A stretch of 64,000 bases of DNA from Kofleriaceae bacterium (GTDB lineage: Bacteria > Myxococcota_A > Polyangia > Haliangiales > Haliangiaceae): positions 213,202 through 277,201 of the forward strand of contig CBDCCZ010000042.1 of NCBI GenBank assembly GCA_965215005.1. The letters run 5' to 3'. The notes under the pieces were generated by a model, which had not been told where the DNA came from, did not search any database, and worked only from the letters and a program-made list of their open reading frames with translations. Every line of letters starts with the position of its first letter. Position 1 is the first letter of the stretch. Positions 20,439-30,939 of the stretch are shown piece after piece. Made by a program: the position numbers and the translations under genes.

Positions 20439-21362
20439 ATGAGCTTGAATTCGCAAGTGCGCGAGAAGATCCAGGGTCTGATCACTTCTGATGAAGTGGT
20501 GCTCTTCATGAAGGGCAACCGCAACTTTCCTCAATGTGGTTTCTCGGCCACCGTTGTACAGATTCTCAACAACCTCGTCCCGAGCTACACCACCGTCAAC
20601 GTGCTGGCGGAGCCGGACGTTCGACAAGGAATCAAGGAATTTTCCGAGTGGCCGACGATCCCGCAGCTCTATATCCGCGGCGAGTTCGTCGGCGGCTGCG
20701 ACATCATTCGCTCGATGTATGAGGCCGGAGAGCTGCACACCATGCTCGGCGCGGCGGCGCCCAAGCCGCCAGCGATCGAGCTCACGCCCGCGGCTGCCGA
20801 AGCACTAACCGGTGCCCTAGCCGAAGCCGAAGCCGGTGACGTCATTCATTTGGCGATCGACGCGAGCTTCAATCATCAGCTCAACGTCGGCCCCAAAGAC
20901 AGCTCGGCAATGCTAGTGGAGAGCCGCGGCGTTCCTCTCTGCGTCGAAGCGATGTCGGGGCAGCGCGCCGACGGCTTGGTGATCGATTTTGTCGACGGTC
21001 CGCAGGGCACCGGCTTCAAGATGAAGAATCCCAACGCGCCGCTCGGGGTCGAGGAGCTCGAGCCCACGGCAATGCAAGCCAAGTTAACGGCCGGCGAGCT
21101 CGCCGAGCTCTTCGACGTGCGCACCCCCGCGGAGCGTCAGAGCGCTCGCATCGAGCCATCGCGCCTGTTAGATGAAGCCGCGATGGAGCATCTAGGCAAC
21201 CTCGACCGCAACACGCCGATCGGCTTCTATTGCCATCACGGCGCCCGCAGTCGCGCCGCCGCCGAGCACTTCGCGGAGCAGGGCTTCCGGCGCGTCTATA
21301 ACCTCGCTGGCGGCATCGATCGCTGGTCGCAGGAAATCGATCCCTCGGTGCCGCGGTACTAG
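20439..21362 (+). CDS. grxD: Monothiol glutaredoxin (Grx4) fused to degenerate A-type Fe-S carrier and rhodanese domains
   Basis: [28 protein letters not shown]; middle [13 protein letters not shown]-terminal [18 protein letters not shown]. Confidence 0.88.
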   Translation: MSLNSQVREKIQGLITSDEVVLFMKGNRNFPQCGFSATVVQILNNLVPSYTTVNVLAEPDVRQGIKEFSEWPTIPQLYIRGEFVGGCDIIRSMYEAGELHTMLGAAAPKPPAIELTPAAAEALTGALAEAEAGDVIHLAIDASFNHQLNVGPKDSSAMLVESRGVPLCVEAMSGQRADGLVIDFVDGPQGTGFKMKNPNAPLGVEELEPTAMQAKLTAGELAELFDVRTPAERQSARIEPSRLLDEAAMEHLGNLDRNTPIGFYCHHGARSRAAAEHFAEQGFRRVYNLAGGIDRWSQEIDPSVPRY

Positions 21363-21490
21363 AGAACCCCATCCACCCGCCGATGAGGATGCGCGCGATG
21401 CGCGTCCTCGCGTCGGCCTACATCCCCTCCGTTATCCTCCAAATCGCGCCTAGAACCTCCAGAACGGCCTCTGGCGGCGATTTTCGCTAG
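21359..21490. repeat. CTAG-bounded palindromic intergenic element (REP/MITE-like)
   Basis: CTAG at both ends (left one contains the grxD stop); hairpins GCCGATGAGGATGCGCG/TGCGCGTCCTCGCGTCGGC and AAATCGC..CCAGA/TCTGG..GCGATTT. Confidence 0.4.
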
Positions 21491-21527
21491 CTCGGCCAGC
21501 GCTTGCATCTGCTACGATGGCGAGGCT

Positions 21528-22079
21528 ATGGCGTCAGACCCGCTGTCTTCCCACGGCACCCCTTTGCCGCGCGCGTCGGTCGCCCGGCCGCACACCATCC
21601 ATCATGCGGCCAGCTGGATCGCCACCAAGCTCGAGCCGCCGCAGAGGATGCAGCACGGCGATGGCTTTCTGCTGCCGGCATGGTGGGCCTCGACCGGCGG
21701 CGTTACCGGCGGCATCGCCATGGCACTGATGGCGACCTTGGTCACCGACACGTTCTGGAACGCCTCGGCAATCGTGGTCGCGGCGTGGGCGCTGTGCGTC
21801 ATCTTCGCGGTGATGGTGCTGTTCTGGCCGTTCCTGCTGTCGTTCTTCTGTTACCTGCCGCTGCGCGAGCACCTACAGTCGCGACCTCGGGCCGCGGTCT
21901 ACGGCGCTGCGTGGCATCTCACAGCGCACTCTCTGGTCGCCAACGCCCTGGGCGTGGAGATCCTGCATCCGATGTTGCTGATCCCGCTGGTGGTCGGCGG
22001 CATCTGGGGAAGCTGGCTGCCGGCCGCGTTCGAGCCGCGTACCGCCGTCGACCGGCACCTTGGCCGCTACGGCTGGTAG
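21528..22079 (+). CDS. Hypothetical integral membrane protein
   Basis: About 4 hydrophobic segments. Confidence 0.65.
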   Translation: MASDPLSSHGTPLPRASVARPHTIHHAASWIATKLEPPQRMQHGDGFLLPAWWASTGGVTGGIAMALMATLVTDTFWNASAIVVAAWALCVIFAVMVLFWPFLLSFFCYLPLREHLQSRPRAAVYGAAWHLTAHSLVANALGVEILHPMLLIPLVVGGIWGSWLPAAFEPRTAVDRHLGRYGW

Positions 22080-22116
22080 CCGCGAAGGCATACCCGCCCG
22101 CATCGCTGGTGGCGGA

Positions 22117-22605
22117 TTACGCCGCCGCGCAGCACTTCTTGAACTTCTTGCCGCTACCGCACGGGCACGGTTCGTTGCGACCGACCTTGGGCGCCTCGCG
22201 CCTTGCCGGCTTTTGCCGCACCATCTCGCCGTCGACGTAGAACCAGCGGCCCTCATGCTTGCGAAACGTCGCCCGCTCATGATGCACCAGCGGCGCGCCG
22301 CTCATCTGATACCTGGCGATGAACTCGACGACGCCGCGGTCATCATCAGCGCCGCCGGCCTCGGTCGAGACGATCTCCAGGCCGTCCCAATCGGCTTCCG
22401 CGGACCACTTGGCGGCGCCGTCCCGGTCAACCTGCTCCCGCGACGTGGGATCGTGGCTGGCGAGCAAATAGTCGACCTCGCCGAGCACGTAGGCGGCGTA
22501 GCGCGACTTCATCAACTCCGCTGCGGTGCTGGGGGTGGCCTCGCCGCGGAGGAACGGCAACGACTCGGTAACGAGACTGGACTCGCGCTCGGCTGCGGTG
22601 CTCAC
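22117..22605 (-). CDS. YchJ family protein with C-terminal SEC-C motif
   Basis: [53 protein letters not shown]. Confidence 0.9.
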   Translation of the reverse strand: MSTAAERESSLVTESLPFLRGEATPSTAAELMKSRYAAYVLGEVDYLLASHDPTSREQVDRDGAAKWSAEADWDGLEIVSTEAGGADDDRGVVEFIARYQMSGAPLVHHERATFRKHEGRWFYVDGEMVRQKPARREAPKVGRNEPCPCGSGKKFKKCCAAA

Positions 22606-22838
22606 TAGATGCTGCTCCTGATAGCGAAATAAGGGCGAGCGGGCGCTCGCGGCGCGAGCGTGCCTCGTCGCGGCGCTGGCGGCAAGCGGTTGCGACGCAC
22701 TCCGAGCGCACATCAACCGGCGCATGCAGACGCCGCTCGTGAAATCGCTGCGACTGGGCCCACAAAGCGAATCGGATTTCACTCCGCCGTCCCGTTTTCC
22801 GCGCGCCAGCGGGCGCATTCGATGCCACCATTGCTGCC

Positions 22839-23993
22839 GTGCCTCGGGTGCCCTTCTGCGTGCTTGTCCTTTCGCTTGGGCTGGCGATGCCGGCGCTGGC
22901 CAGCGGCGCGCCAAGCGACCGACCTCGCGTCGTCGGCGGCACCCCGGTGGCGGCCGGCGCCTGGCTCGACGCCGCCGCCGTCTACAGCAATGACGAGCTG
23001 TTTTGCACCGGCGTGCTCATCGCTCCACAGGTGATTCTCACCGCCGGTCACTGCTTGCTTGCAGTCATCACTCACGTCGAGCTCGGCGCCAATCGCCTCG
23101 GCGTTCCCGGCACGGTCTACGGCGTCGCGCGCCAAATCGCCTATCCGCGCTGGGAAAACACCTTTGACCTCGGCTTGCTGCTACTCGACCGCCCCAGCCC
23201 GCTGCCGCCGCGGCTCATCGCCAGCGGCTGCGCGAGCGAGCAGTACCTCGTCGAGGGGGCGCCGGTGACCATCGTCGGCTGGGGCGCGGTTGACGCCGAA
23301 GGTCGGGTGAGCACCCCCGAGCTCCTCGAGGCCGACACCCGCATCACCGATGCCAGCTGCCGCGACACCGCGGCCGGCTGCATGCCCGAGGCACAACCAC
23401 GGGGCGAGCTAGGCGCCGGAGGCGAGGGCATCGACTCGTGCAACGGCGACTCGGGCGGCCCGCTCTATCTGCGCACCGAGCGCGGCGATTTCCTCGCCGG
23501 CATCACCTCGCGCGGCTACGAAACCAACACGCTGCCCTGCTCCCAGGGCGGCATCTACGTGCGTCCTGACGCGGTTCTGGAGTGGATCGAGCGCACCGCT
23601 GGAGAACCGCTGCCGCGGCCCGTTTGCAACGCCGCGCCGGAGCCGGCGGTGCAAACGCTCGAGCTCACCGTTGGCGGCAGCGCCGAGCTGGTGCTCGACC
23701 CGCTCGACCCCGACGCTGGCGATACCCACAGCTACGTCATCGCGACCGCGCCCCTTCACGGCAGCGCGGTCATCCGCAGCGATGGCACCCTGGAGTACAC
23801 CGCCGCGGCCGACTACGTCGGAACCGACTCCCTCGTTGTCGACATCACCGACAATGGCACCCCGCCGATAACTGGCGCCGCTCGCATCGAAGTAGTCATC
23901 CGCGACGCCGGCGGCTGCAGCGCGACAGCAGCTCCCGGCGGAACGTGGCTACTGGCCCTGATGGCGCTGGGGCTGGGTCGACGCCGCGGATGA
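22839..23993 (+). CDS. Secreted trypsin-like (S1) serine protease with Ig/cadherin-like domain and MYXO-CTERM-type tail
   Basis: VVGG mature N-terminus, LTAGHC, DLGLL, GDSGGP; C-terminal GGCS..TM..RRRG. Confidence 0.9.
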   Translation: MPRVPFCVLVLSLGLAMPALASGAPSDRPRVVGGTPVAAGAWLDAAAVYSNDELFCTGVLIAPQVILTAGHCLLAVITHVELGANRLGVPGTVYGVARQIAYPRWENTFDLGLLLLDRPSPLPPRLIASGCASEQYLVEGAPVTIVGWGAVDAEGRVSTPELLEADTRITDASCRDTAAGCMPEAQPRGELGAGGEGIDSCNGDSGGPLYLRTERGDFLAGITSRGYETNTLPCSQGGIYVRPDAVLEWIERTAGEPLPRPVCNAAPEPAVQTLELTVGGSAELVLDPLDPDAGDTHSYVIATAPLHGSAVIRSDGTLEYTAAADYVGTDSLVVDITDNGTPPITGAARIEVVIRDAGGCSATAAPGGTWLLALMALGLGRRRG

Positions 23994-24028
23994 AGCAGCG
24001 GCGCTTCCGCGGTACAGTGGCAGCGTCG

Positions 24029-24586
24029 ATGAGCGAGAAAACCTACTGGCAACGCTGTAATAGCTGCGACGCTGAGCTCGACTACGGCCAGACCTATTGG
24101 GTCTGCAGCGTCTCGACATGCACCCGCAAGCGCACCGGCATGCGCTTCTGCTCGGTCTCGTGCTGGGAGGCGCATCTGCCGATGATGCGTCATCGCGAGG
24201 CATGGGCGGTGGAGGAGAAAGCGCCGAGCGAAGTCGAGTGGCGCGCGATGCGGGCCGCCGAAGAGGCCGACGAGCCGCGCCTCCCAACGTCGAGCAGTCG
24301 CGAGGTGGCGCCTGCTCGACGCGAGGTGGCGCCTGCGGTTCGCCGCCGCGTGATCGGTGACAGCGAGAACAACGATCAAGACGCGCCGCGCGATGTGCTG
24401 GTCGTGGTCTCCAAGCTCAAGAAGTACGTCCGGGCCCGCTCCGGCATGAACACCTCCGACGGTGTAACCGACCTTTTGAGCGACCACCTGCGCAGCCTCT
24501 GCAACAAGGCTATTCGCGTCGCCGCGCAAGAGGGGCGCAAGACCGTGCTCGATCGCGATTTCGCCAAAGTGCTCGAGGGCGGCTGA
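24029..24586 (+). CDS. Zinc-finger (ZZ-like) + histone-fold protein (bacterial histone)
   Basis: N-terminal CxxC..CxxxxC..CxxxC..H..H cluster; C-terminal DVLVVVSKLKKYVRARSGMNTS..LS..LC..A..EGRKTVLDRDF histone fold with RKT..D clamp. Confidence 0.85.
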   Translation: MSEKTYWQRCNSCDAELDYGQTYWVCSVSTCTRKRTGMRFCSVSCWEAHLPMMRHREAWAVEEKAPSEVEWRAMRAAEEADEPRLPTSSSREVAPARREVAPAVRRRVIGDSENNDQDAPRDVLVVVSKLKKYVRARSGMNTSDGVTDLLSDHLRSLCNKAIRVAAQEGRKTVLDRDFAKVLEGG

Positions 24587-24595
24587 GCCCAGCGC

Positions 24596-24850
24596 TCACT
24601 CGCTGGCGAGGTCCAGCTCGAGGTGGAGCAGGACCTCGTCCTGGCTCGCCATGCCGCGGTTGCCGCCGCGCAGCTTCCAGCCCTCGAGCTGGCCTAGCTC
24701 GCGCAACACGGCGGCCAATACCCGCGGCTGGACGGACTCGTAGAACGCCTTGCGCCACTCATAGCCGTCGAGCTCACCGTCATAGTCCTCGGGGAAGGCG
24801 GCGCGCGCCTCCAGGCGAACGACCCACGTCGCAGATTCGGTGTAGTCCAT
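24596..24850 (-). CDS. Small hypothetical protein
   Basis: 84 aa; strong SD AGGAG upstream. Confidence 0.75.
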   Translation of the reverse strand: MDYTESATWVVRLEARAAFPEDYDGELDGYEWRKAFYESVQPRVLAAVLRELGQLEGWKLRGGNRGMASQDEVLLHLELDLASE

Positions 24851-24887
24851 ATGTTTCTCCTAAGCGGCGCGGCCGCCGGTGTTGACT

Positions 24888-25997
24888 TCAGTCCACTCGC
24901 GTCACGCCCACGGCGATGACGCGGTCGGCGTCGACGTCGACGGTGAGAAAATGGCGGCCGATGCCGTCCCAGCGCTCGGGCAAGGCGCCGCCGCCGCCAG
25001 AAATATAGGCCGGAATGCCGGCGTTCTCGAAGGCGTAGTACGAGTGGATGTGGCCGTAGAAGGTGAGGTCGACCCCGCCGCGCGCCAGCCGTGCAAGGAG
25101 CTTCTGTGCCTCGCGGACGCTGCGAAACGACCCGGCGCGCACGCCGATTGGGTCGAGCGGCGGAAAGTGGGTGAAGAACAGATGCACGCGATCGGCAGCG
25201 GCGTTGAGCCAGTCCTGCAGCCAGTCATACACCAGCGGATCGATGGAGGCGTTGGCGGAATCGACCAGCGAAAACACCACGCCGCGAAACTCGAAGTGCA
25301 CGTTGTAGCGGCCAAAGCGGCGCTGAAACCGCCGCGGATCTTCCCACAGCTCGTGATTGCCGATGGTGCTGTAATACGGCACCGGCAAGGCCGCGAGCTG
25401 GGCCGAGAACAGCTCGTATTCGGCGGATTCGGCGGCTTGCACGATATCGCCGGTGGAGACGACGAAGCGAATGGAAGGATCCGCGGCGATGGTCGCGAAG
25501 ACGTCATCGACCTCATCGAGAGCCTCTTGAATATCGCCCATGACGGCAAAGCGCCACGCAGTTTGCTCCGCTGCGTCCGGTGGCGCGATCCGCAACGTAA
25601 ACTCACGCGTCCCTGCCGGCTGTACGAGCCAGCGGCGCTGCGTCGAACGCGCGTCCGGCTCATCGTCTGCGGCGATGCCCACCGACGGGTCGCTGGCGGT
25701 CAGCACGGCATCTGCCAAGCAGTTGTTGCAGATGAGCGCCGCCGCGCGGGCCGTGCTCGGCGCCGTCACGAGAATCTCCAGCACCGGCGCCTGCGCCCAC
25801 AGCTCCCAGCGCTCGGGCTCTAGCACCAGCCAATGACCGAGACCATCGACGACCTCAAATCCCACGCCGCCAGCGCGGCCTACGCCTATCGCTAAATCAT
25901 CGACGGCGCGGTCTTCGCCGCCGCGCAAGCAGCCGCCAACCACGACCAGAAGTAAGGCCGCGGCAGGCGCTCTCATCATGGCAACAAACCGCTTCAT
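24888..25997 (-). CDS. Calcineurin-like metallophosphoesterase (lipoprotein)
   Basis: GDIQ, TGD, IGNHE, GHIH motifs; lipobox-like VGGC. Confidence 0.85.
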   Translation of the reverse strand: MKRFVAMMRAPAAALLLVVVGGCLRGGEDRAVDDLAIGVGRAGGVGFEVVDGLGHWLVLEPERWELWAQAPVLEILVTAPSTARAAALICNNCLADAVLTASDPSVGIAADDEPDARSTQRRWLVQPAGTREFTLRIAPPDAAEQTAWRFAVMGDIQEALDEVDDVFATIAADPSIRFVVSTGDIVQAAESAEYELFSAQLAALPVPYYSTIGNHELWEDPRRFQRRFGRYNVHFEFRGVVFSLVDSANASIDPLVYDWLQDWLNAAADRVHLFFTHFPPLDPIGVRAGSFRSVREAQKLLARLARGGVDLTFYGHIHSYYAFENAGIPAYISGGGGALPERWDGIGRHFLTVDVDADRVIAVGVTRVD

Positions 25998-26055
25998 CCG
26001 CGCGCGCAGCATAGCTGACCGGCACGCGCTATCGAGCCCGTTTGCGGCCGATGGC

Positions 26056-27213
26056 TCACAGCGAGGCCCAGCGAACGCCAAGAGCAATGCGCGCGACGTA
26101 GGCCGAGCCAGCGTCGAAGCCGGCGAGGACCGCCCAGTCGCCGAGGCGGTGCTCGACCTCGCCACCGAAATAGCCGAGGAAGCCGTTGCCGTTCGACGGG
26201 GTGGCAAAGCCGCCGGGATAGTTATCGCGACGATGGCGGTAGTACATCCGCAGCAGGCCATGCGGCAGGTGCACGCCAACGCCAAAGCCCCCCAGGAGCA
26301 GCGAGTCGACATCGGGTGAGGCGTCGACGCCAGCGTAGTCGCTGATCGCCAGCCCGAGCCCAAAATCGAGCTCCGCGAACATGCCGTGGAGCAAGGCGGC
26401 AGCGGAGCCGAGCTCGAGGCGAGTGTGCAGCGCGGCCTCGACGGTGGTCACGGCAAAGCGCTCCTGGCCGAAATGCTGCCAAGAAACGGCGCCGAAGCCA
26501 TCGAGGGTGAGTGGCCCGGCGGTGGCATGGTCCGCGCTCGGTCCGCGAATGCGGCCGCCGAGCTCGAGCCGCAGCCGCTGATTATCGGCGCCAGTGGCCA
26601 CCCACAGCGATGGTCGTGCGACCAGGCGCCGCCACCACAGCTCGGCGTGGAACGTTGCAAAGCTCTGGTAATCGAACTGCGGGTCATCGACGAAGGCGTA
26701 CCCCGCGGCTATCGCGAGCGCATCGACGCCCTGCGGTGGCGCAGCGGCCAGTCGGGCGAGCCCGGCGCTAGCGGCGACGTCGACGACGTAGCCAATCAGC
26801 ATCACGCCGGCGCCCGACACCAGCAGCGGAATCGCTGGCAAGCTCACCCGCCGCGATGCGCCGGTGGCGGCGAGTGGGATGCCGCCGGCGAGCAACGCGG
26901 CCAGCCCCAACGCCTCACTCGTCACCAGCCAACGGGCGCCGCGACGATCACCCGCTACATACAGCCCGGAGCCGTTGATCGGCAGCAGCGCAGCCAGCGT
27001 GCTGACCGGGCCGGTCGCGATAGGCGATGGTTCACTGGCGGCTCGTGGGTTCTCATCAGCAGCCGTCGTAGCGGCGGGCGCGGCATCGAATGGCTTGGAC
27101 GCGGCAACCGGCTCATCGCGAGCGTCGACAGGCTCGATTTCTGGCTCGGCTACCGCGGGCTGCGGGGACCCGACCAGCGCGAGCACAAGGAGCCCGGTGA
27201 GCGCGCGCCGCAT
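26056..27213 (-). CDS. Exported hypothetical protein (probable outer-membrane beta-barrel C-terminus)
   Basis: Signal peptide; alternating amphipathic strands ending ..IALGVRW. Confidence 0.6.
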   Translation of the reverse strand: MRRALTGLLVLALVGSPQPAVAEPEIEPVDARDEPVAASKPFDAAPAATTAADENPRAASEPSPIATGPVSTLAALLPINGSGLYVAGDRRGARWLVTSEALGLAALLAGGIPLAATGASRRVSLPAIPLLVSGAGVMLIGYVVDVAASAGLARLAAAPPQGVDALAIAAGYAFVDDPQFDYQSFATFHAELWWRRLVARPSLWVATGADNQRLRLELGGRIRGPSADHATAGPLTLDGFGAVSWQHFGQERFAVTTVEAALHTRLELGSAAALLHGMFAELDFGLGLAISDYAGVDASPDVDSLLLGGFGVGVHLPHGLLRMYYRHRRDNYPGGFATPSNGNGFLGYFGGEVEHRLGDWAVLAGFDAGSAYVARIALGVRWASL

Positions 27214-27217
27214 TGTC

Positions 27218-29941
27218 TCAACCCGCGGTCTGCAAGCCGGCCGCGATGCCGTTGATGGTGATGAATAGGATGTCGAGGATCGCTTGCCGCTCGTCGTCGC
27301 TGTCGCTGCGGCGCAGCCTGCCGAGCAGCTCGATCTGCGCGTGACTGAGCACATCGACATAGGGGTTGCGGCGCTTGACGGTGGTCATCAAGTGCGAGCG
27401 ATTGCCCAGCAGCGACTGGCGATCGAGCACCTCCAGAAGCCGGCGCACCGTGCGCTCGTGTTCCGACGCGATGAGCTCGAACACCGCTTTGGCATCGTCA
27501 TCCGCGAGCTCGGCGTATTGCGCGGCCACGTCGATGTCGGCACGGGTGAGCGCCAGCTGCGCGTTGTTGATGAGCGCGCGAAAGAATGGCGAGTCGCGAA
27601 ACAGCTCGCGCGCCCGCTCGATGCCCTCGCGCTCCGCAATCTCCTCGAGCGCGGTGCCGAGCCCAAACCACCCCGGCAGGCCATGGCGGCTCTGATTCCA
27701 CGAAAACACCCATGGAATGGCGCGCAGATCCTGGAACGACAGCCCCTGCTTGCGCGAGGCCGGGCGCGAGCCAATCGGCAACTTGGCGACCTGCTGGATC
27801 GGTGTTGCCGCGATCGCGTAGCGCGCCAGCCGCTCGGGATCGGCGAGTAGCGCGTCGTAGGAGGCTTGCGCTTTGCCTGCCGCGGAGTCGAACAACCGAT
27901 TGCGCGCCGCGAGCTCGCCGGCGGGCGGCGGAACTCGCTCCTCGAGAATCGCCAACAGCACCGCGCTCGTCATCTGCTCGAGATCGCGCAACGCGACCTC
28001 GGCATGACCGTACCGCCCGCGAATCGTCTCACCCTGCTCGGTGACGCGCAGCCGGCCGCGCACCGCCTGGGGCGGCTGCGCACGAATCGCACGGCTCCCG
28101 GGACCACCGCCGCGGCCGATCGCGCCGCCGCGGCCGTGAAAAATCGTGAGCGGCACGTCGTGGCGCTCAGCCACCCGCGCGAGTGCTAGCTGAGCGCGGC
28201 GCAGCGCCACGGCGGCGGCAAAGAAACCCACTTGTTTGCCCGCATCCGAGTAGCCAATCATCACCTCGAGCTCGCCACCAAGCGCGCGCCGAAGCGGCCC
28301 GAGCGTGAGCATCTGCTCGGCAATCTCGGCGCCGCGGTCGAGGTCTTCGAGCTGCTCGAGGAGCGGCACCGGGCGCAGCTCCCCCGGCGCAAGGCCGGCA
28401 ACCGCCTGCAGCACCAGCACCTCGAGGAGGTCACTCACCTGCGAGGTGAAGCTGACGACATAGCGCTCGCAAGCACCGTGGCCCTGCTCGCGTCGCGCCC
28501 GGCCCACCACTTCCAGCGTCGCTAACAGCTCACGGGTTTCGGCGCAGAGCTCGGTGCGCGGCGTATCGAAGAGCGGCTCCGCGCTATCCAAAAGCTCGCA
28601 AAGCCGCGCCACGCGCTCCGCTTCGGTCATAGCCGCATAGTCGCCGTGGCCGCTTACGGCCAGAATTTCGGCCACCGCGCGCTCGTGGAAAGAAGAATGC
28701 TGCCGCACATCGAGGCTGGCCAAGTGAAAGCCAAACACCTCGGCGCGGCGACGCGCATTCCGCAGCGCGCCCGCGGCGAGCCGCTCGAGCCCGCATGCCT
28801 CGAGAGTGGTTTCGAGGAGCCGCAGGTCGGCGAGGTAGTCTTCGCAGCGGAAGTAGCCGGCATCGCCGCGCGTGAGGGCCTTCTCGAGCCGCTCGCGCAT
28901 GTACCAGAGCTTCTCGCGCCACGGCTCGAACGGCCCGTATCGCAGCGCCCGGGCCGCGACCTCGGGCAGTCGCTCGCGTTCCCGCTCGAGATCTTCTTCC
29001 AGCGGCGCTAACCCGGTGGCACGCGCCACCCGGCGAAGCGAGACCGACAGCGAGCGGCGCAGCTCCTCGACGTCGCGCAAGTACCGGCGCAGCGCCACGG
29101 TGCGGTGGCGCTCGAGCACCGCGCGGGTGATTTCGCTGGTGACGAAGGGATTGCCATCGCGGTCGCCGCCGATCCAACTGCCCCAGCGCAGCAGCGACGG
29201 CACCTCGAAGCGCTCGCCGGGATACGCCGAGGCCAAGGCATCTTCGAATTCGCGATAGAACGCAGGAGTCACCTCCAGCAGGACCTCGAACACCGCCATG
29301 CCGCTCTCGAGCTCATCGCGTGGCGACGGCTTGTGAGCGCGCGATTCCTCGGTGACGTACAGCGCCGCAACCGCACGCCGCAGCCGCTCGAGCAGCTCGG
29401 CGCGCTCGCGACCGCTGAGCTGGGTGCGATCGAGGGTGTCGATGGCGCCGGTCACCACCGCGAGATGATCGAGGACCGTGCGCCGGCGCGCTTCGGTGGG
29501 GTGCGCGGTCAATACCGGCATGACGAACATGCGCGCCAAGAAGCCGCGCAGCTCGGCGGCGCTCACGCCGGCTTCGGCCAACTGCCCAAGCGCCGCCGCC
29601 AAGGACCCCTCGAGGGTCTTGCCGCGGCGATCGCGGTCGCGCAGCACTCGAATGCGGTGTTGCTGCTCGGCAGCGTTGACGAGATGAAACCAGAGCGTGA
29701 AGGCCCGCGCGACCAAGGCGAGCTCGGCCAGGCTCTGATCGGCAAAGCGCTGACTAAACGCGGCGCGACCACCGGGCAGGCGCTCTTCGCGCAGGGCCAC
29801 CGCCTCATCGCGGAGGGCATCGAGCTTGGCCAACACCTCAGCGGAGGAGAGCTCGGCGATGGCTCCATCGAGGATCTCGGCCAGGAACGCGATGTCGGCG
29901 TCGAGCGCGGCGAGCGAGACGGGGCTACCGGGGGCGTTCAT
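27218..29941 (-). CDS. ppc: Phosphoenolpyruvate carboxylase
   Basis: [66 protein letters not shown]. Confidence 0.96.
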   Translation of the reverse strand: MNAPGSPVSLAALDADIAFLAEILDGAIAELSSAEVLAKLDALRDEAVALREERLPGGRAAFSQRFADQSLAELALVARAFTLWFHLVNAAEQQHRIRVLRDRDRRGKTLEGSLAAALGQLAEAGVSAAELRGFLARMFVMPVLTAHPTEARRRTVLDHLAVVTGAIDTLDRTQLSGRERAELLERLRRAVAALYVTEESRAHKPSPRDELESGMAVFEVLLEVTPAFYREFEDALASAYPGERFEVPSLLRWGSWIGGDRDGNPFVTSEITRAVLERHRTVALRRYLRDVEELRRSLSVSLRRVARATGLAPLEEDLERERERLPEVAARALRYGPFEPWREKLWYMRERLEKALTRGDAGYFRCEDYLADLRLLETTLEACGLERLAAGALRNARRRAEVFGFHLASLDVRQHSSFHERAVAEILAVSGHGDYAAMTEAERVARLCELLDSAEPLFDTPRTELCAETRELLATLEVVGRARREQGHGACERYVVSFTSQVSDLLEVLVLQAVAGLAPGELRPVPLLEQLEDLDRGAEIAEQMLTLGPLRRALGGELEVMIGYSDAGKQVGFFAAAVALRRAQLALARVAERHDVPLTIFHGRGGAIGRGGGPGSRAIRAQPPQAVRGRLRVTEQGETIRGRYGHAEVALRDLEQMTSAVLLAILEERVPPPAGELAARNRLFDSAAGKAQASYDALLADPERLARYAIAATPIQQVAKLPIGSRPASRKQGLSFQDLRAIPWVFSWNQSRHGLPGWFGLGTALEEIAEREGIERARELFRDSPFFRALINNAQLALTRADIDVAAQYAELADDDAKAVFELIASEHERTVRRLLEVLDRQSLLGNRSHLMTTVKRRNPYVDVLSHAQIELLGRLRRSDSDDERQAILDILFITINGIAAGLQTAG

Positions 29942-30059
29942 ACCCTCCTGGTGTATCACGCACCCCGGCGATGATAGCGACACCGCGGCGAGCGCGGCAC
30001 GAGCCCCGTCAGCCGTTAGGTCCGAGGCGTCGTGCGGCGCCGCGTGGTACAGAATCATC

Positions 30060-30878
30060 GTGGAGCTCGACAAGACGATCGGTTTTCTCGGCGCCGGCAA
30101 CATGGCTGAAGCTCTGATTTCCGGCCTGCTCGCCGCCGGCGTTCCCGCCGATCACATCGTCGCGTCGGCGCCGCGCCCGGAACGATTGTCGCAGCTCCAC
30201 GAGCGCTACGCGATCGGCACGACCACCTCCAATGTAGAGCTGGTAAGTCGTTCCGAGCTGCTGGTGCTGGCGGTCAAGCCGCAAATCATGGATCGGGTGC
30301 TGCTCGAGGTCGGACAGCGCGTTGCCACGAGCGCGCTAATCGTATCCGTCGCCGCCGGCGTCACGCTTGCGACCATCGAGGAGCGCTTGCCACCCGCGAC
30401 GCGCGTGATTCGCGCCATGCCCAACACCCCGGCGCTGGTCAAAGCTGGCGCTACGGCCATTGCGCGCGGCACCCACGCCACCGACGCGGATCTGGCCATT
30501 GCGACCTTCATCTTCGACGCCGTCGGCATCACCGTCGCCCTCGAAGAATTGCACCTCGATGCGGTCACCGGCCTATCCGGAAGCGGCCCAGCGTACATTT
30601 TTCTCATCCTCGAGGCGTTCGCCGATGCCGGCGTCAAAGTCGGGTTGTCGCGGCGCAACGCCCAGCGGCTGGCCGCGCAGACGGTCATGGGCTCGGCCAA
30701 GATGCTGCTCGAGACCGACGAGCATCCCGGTCGACTCAAAGACATGGTCACCTCGCCGGGCGGCACCGCCATCGCCGGGCTGCACACCCTCGAGCAGGGC
30801 GGCCTGCGGACCACGCTCATCAACGCGGTCGAGTCAGCGACCAATCGCGCGCGCGAGCTCGGCGCCAAGAAGTCGTGA
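30060..30878 (+). CDS. proC: Pyrroline-5-carboxylate reductase
   Basis: [35 protein letters not shown]. Confidence 0.96.
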   Translation: MELDKTIGFLGAGNMAEALISGLLAAGVPADHIVASAPRPERLSQLHERYAIGTTTSNVELVSRSELLVLAVKPQIMDRVLLEVGQRVATSALIVSVAAGVTLATIEERLPPATRVIRAMPNTPALVKAGATAIARGTHATDADLAIATFIFDAVGITVALEELHLDAVTGLSGSGPAYIFLILEAFADAGVKVGLSRRNAQRLAAQTVMGSAKMLLETDEHPGRLKDMVTSPGGTAIAGLHTLEQGGLRTTLINAVESATNRARELGAKKS

Positions 30879-30939
30879 TTGCCGCCAACGCCGTGCGCGG
30901 CCTCGATGCACCCACGCTACGACGCCGGCTGGAGTCTGC

